Shown here: piece after piece, positions 46,373 through 56,217 of the stretch | Layout of the letters: the number at the start of each line of letters is the position of its first letter | How positions within the stretch are numbered: position 1 is the stretch's first letter | IMG/VR virus record: IMGVR_UViG_3300017705_000602 | Length of the DNA stretch: 64,000 nt | Strand: one strand, 5' to 3' | Source: a virus | Lineage: Duplodnaviria; Heunggongvirae; Uroviricota; Caudoviricetes | Position numbers and translations under genes: made by a program | Notes under the pieces: generated by a model | Databases searched by the model: none | Told to the model about the DNA's origin: nothing | Seen by the model: only the letters and a program-made list of their open reading frames with translations

Positions 46373-46742
46373 TCTAGAGTTCACACAGTTTGCGTTACAG
46401 TACTCGGGCAAAAGCGACACAGATTGGGCGCTAATCGAAGAATACGAATACACTGACTGTGACCAAGAATGGAAACAGATACAACAAGAACTGCATCGCT
46501 GGATAGACTGGACAGTTGCCAATCGTGCAGACCTTGTGCAATATCGTATTGCTGTAAACTCGCACCTTTGGTTGAAAACAAATAATCGTTGCATGCGTAT
46601 CTGGATAGCAGACATTGCCATAGATAATCTTGTGTTTGATGAAAAGTTTTATTATCATTACAAGAACATGCCAACCAAAGCAAAATCAAAATGGGGTGCC
46701 AGGCACGATGACATTGTTGAACGTTGTCGGCGCAAAGACTAA
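46347..46742 (+). CDS. LPxT-family paralog
   Basis: LPKTDLEFTQFAL. Confidence 0.7.
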   Translation: MMIPLPKTDLEFTQFALQYSGKSDTDWALIEEYEYTDCDQEWKQIQQELHRWIDWTVANRADLVQYRIAVNSHLWLKTNNRCMRIWIADIAIDNLVFDEKFYYHYKNMPTKAKSKWGARHDDIVERCRRKD

Positions 46743-46754
46743 CAAGGAATCGCC

Positions 46755-47156
46755 ATGAACAAACTGCAAAAATACTTTCCGGCTAGCAAGCAAGATTTGC
46801 TGATGTGGAAATTGACGTTGGACATATCTTATCCTGACTGTTACTACACTTTGTTAGGAGACCACTTGTCGGAACATGGCCGCGAAGCATTCCAGCAAGA
46901 TTTTGTCAACTGGAACACCCATGCGCTCGAAGACGAGAAAGCTTTACAACGAACATGCATGCAGTGGATAGAACATGTGTGCCGGTATGCTCCGAGCACT
47001 TTGTCGTGGGCATACACAGACGACAAGCGATCAATTGTGATCATGGTTTGCGATGTGTGCATTGGCAGCATGGAGGACGACTGTAACGAACGTGACTTTG
47101 CTGTTCGTGAACAAGTGATTTTAACCGGAAGGCACTGCAAGGAGTTTGTATGGTAA
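46755..47156 (+). CDS. LPxT-family paralog
   Basis: FPASKQDLLMWKL. Confidence 0.7.
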   Translation: MNKLQKYFPASKQDLLMWKLTLDISYPDCYYTLLGDHLSEHGREAFQQDFVNWNTHALEDEKALQRTCMQWIEHVCRYAPSTLSWAYTDDKRSIVIMVCDVCIGSMEDDCNERDFAVREQVILTGRHCKEFVW

Positions 47157-47476
47157 TCGAAATACCCGACCTGCCCAGTGAATGCTGTTTGCCTTGCAAT
47201 GAACAAGACCGATTGGTTTGGGCCATGACACATGCTAATCGCACAGAATGTCAGCACATGTGGATCGCCAAGCACATGCCTAATTCAGACGTATTGGGCA
47301 CCTGGATCTTGGTAAACGAATATCTCATGAGCTGGCTGGATCTTGTGCAAGAACAATGGCCCGGTTCTATCAAGCACGACAATTACTGGTTGTTGGTCGA
47401 CGGTGTTCGCATAACATCAAGTTCGGTTGTTTCTTCGAGCTCGATAGTGCAACACATAAAACAAACAAGGGGTTAA
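47150..47476 (+). CDS. LPxT-family paralog
   Basis: LPCNEQDRLVWAM...WPGSI...VDGV. Confidence 0.7.
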   Translation: MVIEIPDLPSECCLPCNEQDRLVWAMTHANRTECQHMWIAKHMPNSDVLGTWILVNEYLMSWLDLVQEQWPGSIKHDNYWLLVDGVRITSSSVVSSSSIVQHIKQTRG

Positions 47477-47478
47477 CC

Positions 47479-47877
47479 ATGCTTCCTGACTTGCCACGCA
47501 CACGTGAAGAATTCACCCAATTGGCGCTTGTGTACAACTTTGACTTTAAAGAAAACGGCTTGTACGGACACTTGTGTACACAGCTCGCAGAACACGATGA
47601 ATTTCAACTCAGCATGTACATGGTAAGCTGGTTGTTGGAATCCGTAGAAAAATTCCCAGACTTGATCACATACCAAATAGTAGAAGATCGTTCATGTGGC
47701 GAAAAGCTGGTGCTGTATGCTGCCACAGTGTTTGTGTTTGTGTTGGTTGCTGACAAAGCTGAACACGCCTTGCAAGAACTGCAAGACAAACCCGATGCTG
47801 AACAAGCTCGCAACTGCATATATGCCATACAACGTCTGGATCATGTGGTTCGATCTTGTTGTCGCAAGCGTGATTAA
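47479..47877 (+). CDS. LPxT-family paralog
   Basis: LPRTREEFTQLAL...FPDLI. Confidence 0.7.
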   Translation: MLPDLPRTREEFTQLALVYNFDFKENGLYGHLCTQLAEHDEFQLSMYMVSWLLESVEKFPDLITYQIVEDRSCGEKLVLYAATVFVFVLVADKAEHALQELQDKPDAEQARNCIYAIQRLDHVVRSCCRKRD

Positions 47878-47878
47878 C

Positions 47879-48181
47879 ATGAAGCTGAGTGATTGGGTAC
47901 ACATGCCCACAAACTCGCAAGAAGTCACACAGTTTGCGATGGCGCACAGTGGACATTACAGCTTGTGTTTGCACATTGCACAATTGGCAACTGCGGCAAC
48001 ACCCATACAAGATCGAAACCGGTGGACCATGTTGCGCATGATCGCGCAGGCACATCTGGCCTTGCAACAATGGCAACAGCACACACCATTGCAACAGTAC
48101 GTGCAACGCACCACAACCCAAGTTGTGTTTGCAGGTGTTGTGTTATACCCAATACCACAAAGGAGAACTCGTGATGTATAA
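47879..48181 (+). CDS. LPxT-family paralog
   Basis: MPTNSQEVTQFAM...FAGV. Confidence 0.7.
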   Translation: MKLSDWVHMPTNSQEVTQFAMAHSGHYSLCLHIAQLATAATPIQDRNRWTMLRMIAQAHLALQQWQQHTPLQQYVQRTTTQVVFAGVVLYPIPQRRTRDV

Positions 48182-48470
48182 CTTGCCCACAACTGATCTT
48201 GAATTCACACAGTTTGCGATGGAGCACAGTGGACACTCACAGTCGTTTTATGCGCGTGTGCTGGATCGTGCAGTGCCTGTAGACAAAATGAAAGTGCGTG
48301 CATGGGTAAAACAAACATGCCGAGACAGACCCAAACAGTGCCGAACACAGCCAGTTGTGCGTCGAGAGCGCACTTGCACTGAGTTGTACATAGCCGGCGT
48401 CCTGATCTTGACTTCCAATCACGAACGCACAGTGCAACAGTTTGCTGACTGGGAAAAGCTTGATGCATAA
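48174..48470 (+). CDS. LPxT-family paralog
   Basis: LPTTDLEFTQFAM...IAGV. Confidence 0.7.
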   Translation: MYNLPTTDLEFTQFAMEHSGHSQSFYARVLDRAVPVDKMKVRAWVKQTCRDRPKQCRTQPVVRRERTCTELYIAGVLILTSNHERTVQQFADWEKLDA

Positions 48471-48813
48471 ACCAGACCCATTGCCGCGCACACGTGAAGA
48501 ATTTATGGTGTGGTACTTGCAACATCATGACTGGCACCGGCGCTCCACCATCGCAGAAGAGTCTTGGGGTACCTGGTACAAGAACGAAACAGTGTGTTAC
48601 CAACTGCAATGCACACGCGAACACATCATGCACATGAGCTTTCGAGAACATGAAGCAGTCGACAGCGTGCTCACGACGGTCAACCATGCAATCAAGTCAT
48701 GGCTTGCCCACACACAACAACACTTTCCTGACCTGGTTGAATCAGAACACACCGGTTGCGTTGAACACACTCGTTTCATGGGCATCACAGTGTACAGCAG
48801 TATAGTGTTATGA
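48463..48813 (+). CDS. LPxT-family paralog
   Basis: LPRTREEFMVWYL...FPDLV. Confidence 0.7.
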   Translation: MHKPDPLPRTREEFMVWYLQHHDWHRRSTIAEESWGTWYKNETVCYQLQCTREHIMHMSFREHEAVDSVLTTVNHAIKSWLAHTQQHFPDLVESEHTGCVEHTRFMGITVYSSIVL

Positions 48814-49094
48814 AGTTGCCCGACTTGCCTCACACACGTGAACAATGCACACAGTTTGCATTAACATACAGCGGCCTTGCGCTGCCTGTGTTCAACCATT
48901 TTCTTGAACAGTTTGCACATCTGCGTCACGATCCTGACTGCAATGCACGCGCAATCCGGCGTCACATAAATGTGTGGCTGATGCAGATTGAACATGAACT
49001 TCCCGACTTGTTGTACACAGACACAGACACCATAGAATCCGCTCGCTTGATACGTGTGGCCGGCGTCACTGTGTTCTCCAGTTACCGAACCTGA
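48810..49094 (+). CDS. LPxT-family paralog
   Basis: LPHTREQCTQFAL...LPDLL...VAGV. Confidence 0.7.
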   Translation: MKLPDLPHTREQCTQFALTYSGLALPVFNHFLEQFAHLRHDPDCNARAIRRHINVWLMQIEHELPDLLYTDTDTIESARLIRVAGVTVFSSYRT

Positions 49095-49109
49095 CAGCGG
49101 TATCACGTC

Positions 49110-49406
49110 TTGAAGTTGCCACACACAGCACCGGAGTTCACACTGTTCGCATTAACATACAGTAACAGCAACGAACCCTGGATCAACCTGGTGTACAACC
49201 GCCCCAGATCACGCACAACCGATCGAGGCACTTATCTGGGCATTGCATTAGCATACCAATACACTGCAATCATGCCCGAACTTGTCCGCTGGCTTGAACA
49301 CGTAGAACACAACTTTCCTGACTTACTGCGCACAGACAACTGCGATCTTGAACGAGCACTGTATATTGCAGTAGCAGGTGTTTGCATATACGACAGTCGT
49401 CCTTGA
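49110..49406 (+). CDS. LPxT-family paralog
   Basis: LPHTAPEFTLFAL...FPDLL...VAGV. Confidence 0.7.
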   Translation: MKLPHTAPEFTLFALTYSNSNEPWINLVYNRPRSRTTDRGTYLGIALAYQYTAIMPELVRWLEHVEHNFPDLLRTDNCDLERALYIAVAGVCIYDSRP

Positions 49407-49887
49407 TTGTACATAAAAGAAAACAAAAATCACTGTTACAGTACACAGTACAAATAAAAGCACAAAAGACCCATGTGTACACGTAGTAGTCGAGACACTG
49501 TACAGTGACAAAATCAGCCAAATACCATGCAATTTTAAGCCCTGTAACACACAAAACAACCACGCTCAAGCCCGCATAAACACTAGCATGCACACAGCCT
49601 AAACACACCGTGAATGTGCAAATGATAGTGAAAAACACCACATAGTAGCGAAAAGCACTATTTTTTACAACATAAATAAAAGCTTAAAACGCTTGTGTCT
49701 CTACGCGAATGATAGTAGTATAAAATGATACAGTATAACAGTAGTAGACAAGAATGAACGCCAAGAACCAAGCAAAACTTTACGCAATTTGGATAGCAGC
49801 CGCAGTAGGAGCCTGCACAGTGAGCACAGCCATTGCAGTCTTGATTTGGGTAGCAGTACGCTAGTGAACACTCAGGAACAGGATACC

Positions 49888-50106
49888 ATGCCCGTGAAGG
49901 ATTTAGAAATCACCATTGCTGTTAGCCCAGCAGACATTGACGCAATAGTCGCAATGATAAACCGTGATCGTGCGCCCTGCAATCACATTACTGCACAACA
50001 GTTCCGCAAGAACGAAAACTTGAAAACACCGTATGTTTGGCTAACAGAACTCAGCCAAGACGATCCACTGGAATTGGATATGACATTCAGTGTACGGTTG
50101 CCATGA
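49888..50106 (+). CDS. hypothetical protein
   Basis: 72 aa after AGGA SD. Confidence 0.5.
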   Translation: MPVKDLEITIAVSPADIDAIVAMINRDRAPCNHITAQQFRKNENLKTPYVWLTELSQDDPLELDMTFSVRLP

Positions 50107-50377
50107 ACATGCATGACGCACATGTACAGTTAAAGCGCAGGCTAGACATCTGTTTCTACTTGTGCTTTCCACCGTACCTAGCACACTGCGTTGAACGCTG
50201 GGATTGAATATATGTATTGGCCAAATACCTATCTCAGATTCGGAATCTTGAATAGCAATCTCGGTCTAGGTCATGTGGTCAGATTCGGTACACAACTTGC
50301 GCGGGTGTGTGCCATTCTTGCGTGCCGATCTTGTGTGGCATTCTTGCGTCAAGATCCTGAATACCACAGTGGAGAAC

Positions 50378-50890
50378 ATGCACATGCGTAACACCACACT
50401 CGGAACAACTGTTTATGTTCAAGGACGTCCACATGACGTGATACATGCACGTGAAAACGATTGTAGTCAGTATGATATACACTACTTGTTAGACCATGAA
50501 CATGATCGACTTTTACACGTTAACCGCACCCACAGCACCACGTTCTTGACGCAGTGCATAGACTGGCCACGCACAAACATGAGTCGTGAGCAACGTGTTC
50601 AATACATGCTGGATCCTACAGGTCATGTACATGCTCGGGATTCGCAATGTTTTCACTGTGTGTATCGTGACCAGGCACAAGTGTTCTATCTTGATCGTGC
50701 GCATCAAGTCTTGACACATTACGTACATACAGCGGCAACTGGACATATACGTGTTCAAGAATGGAGTACCGATTACACTGTGCATGATACTGCACAAACT
50801 GTGTATGATCGTGCTCGCTGGTTTGCACAAACAATACTACAACAAGACTACAACGCGCAACCTCGTAGACCTTTTCCTCTGTTTCAATAA
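50378..50890 (+). CDS. hypothetical protein with internal duplication
   Basis: Two HAR...Y.LD..H..L.H...W units; GGAG SD. Confidence 0.6.
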   Translation: MHMRNTTLGTTVYVQGRPHDVIHARENDCSQYDIHYLLDHEHDRLLHVNRTHSTTFLTQCIDWPRTNMSREQRVQYMLDPTGHVHARDSQCFHCVYRDQAQVFYLDRAHQVLTHYVHTAATGHIRVQEWSTDYTVHDTAQTVYDRARWFAQTILQQDYNAQPRRPFPLFQ

Positions 50891-50959
50891 CACTACTAGT
50901 GCGGCAACCGATCGCGCGAACATGTTCGACCTGAACATGATATTCGAATACCTCAACGC

Positions 50960-51021
50960 GGAGATCTTCTATTCAGAATAGGAAATTTTCTATCCAGGAT
51001 AGGAGATCTTCTATCCGAATA
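50960..51021 (+). repeat. three 20-21-bp direct repeats (DUE/iteron-like)
   Basis: GGAGATCTTCTATTCAGAATA / GGAAATTTTCTATCCAGGATA / GGAGATCTTCTATCCGAATA. Confidence 0.8.
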
Positions 51022-51025
51022 CCCC

Positions 51026-51190
51026 TGTGGATAAAGTTATCCACACCCTGTGGAAAAGCTGTGGATATCATTGTGGATAAGCTGTGGATAACTTTATTCA
51101 CACCCTGTGGATAACGGTGTGGAAAACCTGTGGATAACCTTGGGGTCAGGGCTGTGGATAAGGCTGTGGATAAGTCAAAAGTTATCCACA
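51026..51190. promoter_or_regulatory. dense DnaA-box cluster (oriC-like)
   Basis: Nine perfect TTATCCACA (either strand) plus four one-mismatch boxes in 165 bp. Confidence 0.92.
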
Positions 51191-51207
51191 AGGAATTTTG
51201 ATCAGGG

Positions 51208-51294
51208 TTCGGCCGGCTATAGCCCAGTCGCTTCCCACTTCACTGTGGTGTTGCTTTATGTGTACATAATAACACAGCTAGAGAAAAGGTCAAC
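51208..51294 (-). ncRNA. promoter plus putative sRNA, copy 1
   Basis: TTGACC-16-TATTAT on minus strand followed by about 55 nt similar to 58558-58645. Confidence 0.55.
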
Positions 51295-51493
51295 AGAAAA
51301 AATGCAAAAAAAAGATAAAAAAATTCTGAATTAATGGGTTGACTTCGGTAATGGGATTTCGTACTATACACACACGCACATAAACATATAAATGTGTCAC
51401 CCAAAATAAATGCAAAAAAGATACACAAACAGGTAGACACAAGAATCCAAAACCGTTATTATGTACGCAACAGTTAGGAAATAGGAGAGCAAC

Positions 51494-52291
51494 ATGTCAC
51501 AACAGAAACTAGAACAGTTTAAAGCAGAAGTCCGCAAGTGCCTGGACCGGGCAGGCAAGATGTACGGACTTGAAAAGCAAATGAAGAATGTCGACATCCG
51601 CTTAGACATACGTGGATATCGTGTAGCGGGCATGGCATGTAGAAAAGGATTTGTCAACTTCTCATTGCGCTTTCATCCAGACGCTATCCTAAAGCACTGG
51701 GACGAAATGGTTGACAACACCATTCCACATGAAGTTGCGCACACCGTATGCCAGATGAACCCTACACTGGGCAAGAACCACGATGCGGGTTGGAAGCGTG
51801 TGTGTCGCGCACTGGGCGGTGATGACAGTCGTACGCATACACTGGAGTTTGGTGAAAAGCCTAAGCGCACAGAGTGCTGGTACCGCACTACAACAGGTGA
51901 ATTGGTTGACTTAGGTCCTATCCGTCATGCTAAGGTGCAGAAGGGTGCCAGATACAATGCGCGTGGTAAGGGCAAGATACAGGCAGATGGTTATGTTGGA
52001 AACACAAAACCGGGTGCAAGTCAACCAGAGCCGCAACTTGAACAGGCAGCAAGAACACAGGCACCCAAGCAGAAAACAGTTTCAAAGTCAACCCCGAAGA
52101 CACAATCTGGTAGCAAGGCTGAACTGGCACGTGGTTACATCCAGAACTTGATTGACGCTGGACAGTCACAAGAACAGTTGTTGACAGACAAAGGCATTCA
52201 TGCTAAACACCTGCATGTCGCATTAGGGTTCGGAACGCTAGGGGCAGCTCGTTCTTGCTTTGTTGCTAACACCAACAAACTTTTCAAATAA
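51494..52291 (+). CDS. SprT-like metalloprotease with C-terminal helical domain
   Basis: AGMA, TIPHEVAH, HDAGWKRVC. Confidence 0.88.
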   Translation: MSQQKLEQFKAEVRKCLDRAGKMYGLEKQMKNVDIRLDIRGYRVAGMACRKGFVNFSLRFHPDAILKHWDEMVDNTIPHEVAHTVCQMNPTLGKNHDAGWKRVCRALGGDDSRTHTLEFGEKPKRTECWYRTTTGELVDLGPIRHAKVQKGARYNARGKGKIQADGYVGNTKPGASQPEPQLEQAARTQAPKQKTVSKSTPKTQSGSKAELARGYIQNLIDAGQSQEQLLTDKGIHAKHLHVALGFGTLGAARSCFVANTNKLFK

Positions 52292-52366
52292 AACTCCAAA
52301 AAGTGGTAGACATCATCTACCACTTGCTCTATACTGTACACACAGTTAGGAAATAGGAGCAACACA

Positions 52367-52564
52367 ATGTCACTAGTAAACGAGATCAAAGCTTTTTGCG
52401 TGGACAATTACGAAGCCGGTTATGACGCTTGCGTAGAGTGCTGGGACACTGCAGATTACGAAGAGTGGATACGCGATTACAAAATTACTTCAGTAGAAGG
52501 TTTTGCCAAGTCGTATCAGTTCATGATTGATCATGCAAACGATATTCGTTCCACAGCATTTTAA
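52367..52564 (+). CDS. hypothetical cassette protein
   Basis: Follows leader module. Confidence 0.75.
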   Translation: MSLVNEIKAFCVDNYEAGYDACVECWDTADYEEWIRDYKITSVEGFAKSYQFMIDHANDIRSTAF

Positions 52565-52628
52565 AATAGGTTGACTTCCTTTCTGTGTGTGCTAACATGT
52601 ACACACAGTTAGGAAACAGGAGTAAACC

Positions 52629-52835
52629 ATGCGCTACTACGTTGAAGCATACGATAAGAACGATAACCGTATATTCGGTAACCTGGACGGGCAAGGTGTG
52701 ATTGTAGCACAAGACTTTCGTCGCACCAAGCACTATAAGTCGCTGAGCACGTTCAAGACGCTGGACAACCGTGTTGCATACTACAAGATAACCAGTGGTG
52801 ACACCACGTTTGATGTGGTACAGAATCAAGCATAA
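52629..52835 (+). CDS. hypothetical cassette protein
   Basis: Follows leader module. Confidence 0.75.
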   Translation: MRYYVEAYDKNDNRIFGNLDGQGVIVAQDFRRTKHYKSLSTFKTLDNRVAYYKITSGDTTFDVVQNQA

Positions 52836-52909
52836 AATTAGCAAAAAGGAGTTGACACCGGTTGGCTCCTTTGTTACTATAAACACACGTTAACACACAG
52901 GCACGCACA

Positions 52910-53275
52910 ATGGATATGAAAAAGATTACGTTCGAGCACAACCTTAACACCGCGGGCGATGGCTTGTGGTCTGATCAGGCTCGCAAGGTTGCAACCACGT
53001 ACATGGAGACAGTAGTGTACTGTCCCGAGAGCAGTTACGGTGAACTGCGAGTTTACTTTGACACTGACACGTGGAAAGTGAACAAGCATGGGCTGATTTA
53101 CACTGACGAACGCTTTATTGCAGAACTCAGGCATGCGCTGACTCAGCACGGGCTGGCAGGTCACGATGCTTATTACAGTGAGCAAGGCATGCAAGGCAAC
53201 GACTATGTGAGCCTGGACATCAATGCTGAGTTTGTTGCAAGCTGGCAAGCATTAGGATACGAATCTTTAAAATAA
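52910..53275 (+). CDS. hypothetical cassette protein
   Basis: GLIYTD, YSEQGMQG..YVSLD; follows promoter. Confidence 0.75.
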   Translation: MDMKKITFEHNLNTAGDGLWSDQARKVATTYMETVVYCPESSYGELRVYFDTDTWKVNKHGLIYTDERFIAELRHALTQHGLAGHDAYYSEQGMQGNDYVSLDINAEFVASWQALGYESLK

Positions 53276-53337
53276 TGGTAGACTTCTTATCTGTGTGTGC
53301 TATTATGTACACACAGTTAGGAAACAGGAGCAACAAA

Positions 53338-53610
53338 ATGGCAAAGTTTACATTATCAAATCACGGGCTAATGGCCCTGGGCATCTACATCGGACACAAG
53401 GCAGCATTTCGTCGCAAAGAAATGGAATCGTTTGGTGTTGATTACGAAAAGGCACTGGAAGAGTTCCACAAGGTCGGACTGATGAAAAGTCGTAAAATGG
53501 ATATGACTCAGGCACGTGCCGCATTCAAAGAGCGTATCCCATCTGGCTTGGGTTCGCAGACTCATCAGTACTGTAAACAGCTTGGTTACGAGCGCTTGTC
53601 TTATTATTAA
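53338..53610 (+). CDS. hypothetical cassette protein
   Basis: Start placed after leader SD. Confidence 0.75.
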   Translation: MAKFTLSNHGLMALGIYIGHKAAFRRKEMESFGVDYEKALEEFHKVGLMKSRKMDMTQARAAFKERIPSGLGSQTHQYCKQLGYERLSYY

Positions 53611-53687
53611 AAAAATGCAAAAAGTGGTAGACATTGTTTGCCACTTGTTCTATAATGTACACACAGTTAGGAAATAGGAATAATATT

Positions 53688-54131
53688 ATGTTTAACTTAA
53701 ACGAAAAGCTTAACGGTGTAGTCGAAACAAAATTAATTAAACGTATCGAGCACGAACTTAAAACAACGAAAGTGAATTCGAAAATTGGCGCCGATTCGCA
53801 TATTGCTACATGCATTTTAAAAGCGTTGCTAAAACTCGGTGAGGACACGCCGAAGTGGAAACGAAACGGATACGAAACACTGTATCGCGATTTACGAAAA
53901 GGCAACAGCTATATAAGCGGGCGACAGTTAAAATTCCACTCGGTAAATGGCGACACTTGCGATGAAATTGCCGAGCAAGCTAACAACGTGTTTAAGGCAC
54001 TTAAAATTAACGCTAGTGCGGAAGCATCGTTTAGCGAGGGCTGGCCCGGCTTTTTTTCGATAGCAGTACACAAGCGCGATAACACTATAACATCCGAAAC
54101 CGGTGCTGACATGTTAGAGCTAATCGAATAA
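53688..54131 (+). CDS. hypothetical cassette protein (paralog of 54209)
   Basis: DSHIATCILKALL...GYETLYR...GRQLKF. Confidence 0.75.
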   Translation: MFNLNEKLNGVVETKLIKRIEHELKTTKVNSKIGADSHIATCILKALLKLGEDTPKWKRNGYETLYRDLRKGNSYISGRQLKFHSVNGDTCDEIAEQANNVFKALKINASAEASFSEGWPGFFSIAVHKRDNTITSETGADMLELIE

Positions 54132-54208
54132 TTTATTATTTAAAAGTGGTAGACATTGTTTGCCACTTGTTCTATAATGTACACACAGTTAGGAAATAGG
54201 AGTAACAC

Positions 54209-54601
54209 ATGACAGATTTAAGTTTATTAGACAGTTCGTACACTAAGAAGAACATTGCGCGTATACAGGCAGCACTGGATACACATTCGCAACATGTTAT
54301 ACACGGCGACACCCATATTGCAACCTCAATTGTAAAGGGCTTGTTGGCGCACGAGGAAACAGCCCAGCCAGCCAGTAGCGGGTACATGACACTGTATCGC
54401 GAAACTCGCAAGGGCAAACAATTTGTGGGCGGACGCCAAATCAAGTTTTTTGGTTGTAGTGTACCGGGCATACCGCTAGACACCGTTGTAAGGCAGATTA
54501 ACCGGTCATACGACTCGCTGGGTATTAATGCGCAAGCTCGCTTGATAGACCCGGACAGCTGGAGCATTCCTAGTATCGCAGTGACAAAAAAGGAATATTA
54601 A
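54209..54601 (+). CDS. hypothetical cassette protein (paralog of 53688)
   Basis: DTHIATSIVKGLL...GYMTLYR...GRQIKF. Confidence 0.75.
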   Translation: MTDLSLLDSSYTKKNIARIQAALDTHSQHVIHGDTHIATSIVKGLLAHEETAQPASSGYMTLYRETRKGKQFVGGRQIKFFGCSVPGIPLDTVVRQINRSYDSLGINAQARLIDPDSWSIPSIAVTKKEY

Positions 54602-54674
54602 TTGCAAAAAGTGGTAGACATTGTTTGCCACTTCTTCTATAATGTACATAACAGTTAGGAGATAGGAGAAAACA

Positions 54675-55328
54675 ATGAAAACACTTACAATTGCAAATCA
54701 AACATTTACGCCAGCAGACATCGTGACTCGCTTTACGGCAGCTCAGGACTCACCGGAGACCATGGGTATACAGTTAGCTGGCGACATTGGCAACTTGCTA
54801 CGCAATACAGTGACCACCTTTGCTCACGTAGTGCAAGCAACACCAGTCAAGCTTGCGGCCAAGAACAAGGCACGCAACATCTTGAAACTTAGCACAACCA
54901 ACGTGATGCTGTCAAGTTCACATGCTACGTACCAGAACGCTGTGAAAAACTCAGCTACCAAACAAGGTTCGGACCAGCAAAAGGTTGAAGACTTCAAACC
55001 ACAAGAAACATGGTTTACACGTGACGAAAAGTGTGCTGCCTTAGCAGTATCTAAAAAGAACGGGCTGCCTGTACTAGTGTACATGATATTCCCAAACCCT
55101 GTTAACACAGGCAAGCGTTATTACATAGACGCAGACACTGATCAAATTATGTCAATCGAAGACGTTACTGCGCTAATGACGCCCAGTGAAGCTAAAAAGG
55201 TGCTAGAACCAAGCACTGTACACCACAACAAAAAGCACGATATCGAACACACTGTGAGCACTCGTGCGGTGTACTTGCACAATGTAATCAAAGTGATTGC
55301 AAACAAACAAACGGTTGACAACTATTAA
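54675..55328 (+). CDS. hypothetical cassette protein
   Basis: 217 aa after leader. Confidence 0.8.
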   Translation: MKTLTIANQTFTPADIVTRFTAAQDSPETMGIQLAGDIGNLLRNTVTTFAHVVQATPVKLAAKNKARNILKLSTTNVMLSSSHATYQNAVKNSATKQGSDQQKVEDFKPQETWFTRDEKCAALAVSKKNGLPVLVYMIFPNPVNTGKRYYIDADTDQIMSIEDVTALMTPSEAKKVLEPSTVHHNKKHDIEHTVSTRAVYLHNVIKVIANKQTVDNY

Positions 55329-55348
55329 CCCTCTCCTAACTGTGAGGT

Positions 55349-55376
55349 AAAAGCGTCCTACGGGACGCTTTTTTTT
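55349..55376 (+). terminator. intrinsic terminator
   Basis: AAAAGCGTCC-TACG-GGACGCTTTTTTTT. Confidence 0.85.
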
Positions 55377-55454
55377 GAATAAAATAAACAAAAAGGTAGA
55401 CACACGATCTAGCTATGCTATTATATACACACAGTTAGGAAATAGGAGTAACAC

Positions 55455-55841
55455 ATGTTTACACAAGCTTTACACCCAGATTTTATTCAAGCAATGGGTC
55501 AGTCAGGATTAGGTCTGATCGTGAGCGCACTTAGCAAGCATCCTGAAGCAGTAGCGCAAGTCAATCAACTTGCAGACGATGCAAACACAGGGTCAGTTGA
55601 ATATGTCTCACTGCCTGAGTACGATTTGATTAGTACAGCATTGCAAGTCAGTTCAGCAGAAGCAGAGCACGACAACAAACCCGACTGGATGAATCTGGAA
55701 GAAAATGATTCGATCACATACTTGTGGGATCTTCCAACCGGTGAGATTGCAGGGTTTAACAGCAGAACTGATAAGTCAAGTGAAATTCGTTTGTTGTTTG
55801 AAAACAATGTAATTGTTGTACTTGATTCACATCTTAAATAA
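55455..55841 (+). CDS. hypothetical cassette protein
   Basis: Follows leader. Confidence 0.75.
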   Translation: MFTQALHPDFIQAMGQSGLGLIVSALSKHPEAVAQVNQLADDANTGSVEYVSLPEYDLISTALQVSSAEAEHDNKPDWMNLEENDSITYLWDLPTGEIAGFNSRTDKSSEIRLLFENNVIVVLDSHLK

Positions 55842-55906
55842 AAAGGTTGCATTCAGATCTGTGTGTGCTATTATGTACACACAGTTAGGAAATAGGAAGA
55901 AAAGAT

Positions 55907-56215
55907 ATGTACTTACCAGTAACAGTTTACAACCCATCATTCGGGAATTGCTCTAACAACGGTGTGACAGTAACACATCAAGACAAGCTTGTAGTACCTT
56001 GTCCAGACGGGCATGTCACGCAAGCGGACGTTGACGATCATGGTTACGTAGTGCTTGACATTGAGCACAAGGCACCCGGGTACACCAGTTTCAAACCACG
56101 CGGTGATAAGCGTTGGTTAATGATGGGCGGTGCGTTTGTGTACAGTTCGGACAGTCGCTTTGGTAGACACTATTCGCGACACCCGATACCAGTACATGAT
56201 CGCTACGAGGGGTAG
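55907..56215 (+). CDS. hypothetical cassette protein
   Basis: CSNNGVT...MMGGAFVYSSDSRF...HDRYE. Confidence 0.75.
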   Translation: MYLPVTVYNPSFGNCSNNGVTVTHQDKLVVPCPDGHVTQADVDDHGYVVLDIEHKAPGYTSFKPRGDKRWLMMGGAFVYSSDSRFGRHYSRHPIPVHDRYEG

Positions 56216-56217
56216 TC

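Noticed and set aside
50960-51190. Bacterial chromosomal oriC (window being a host chromosome)
   Set aside because: Flanks are phage-like small genes and promoters, with no dnaA, gidA, mioC or rpmH.
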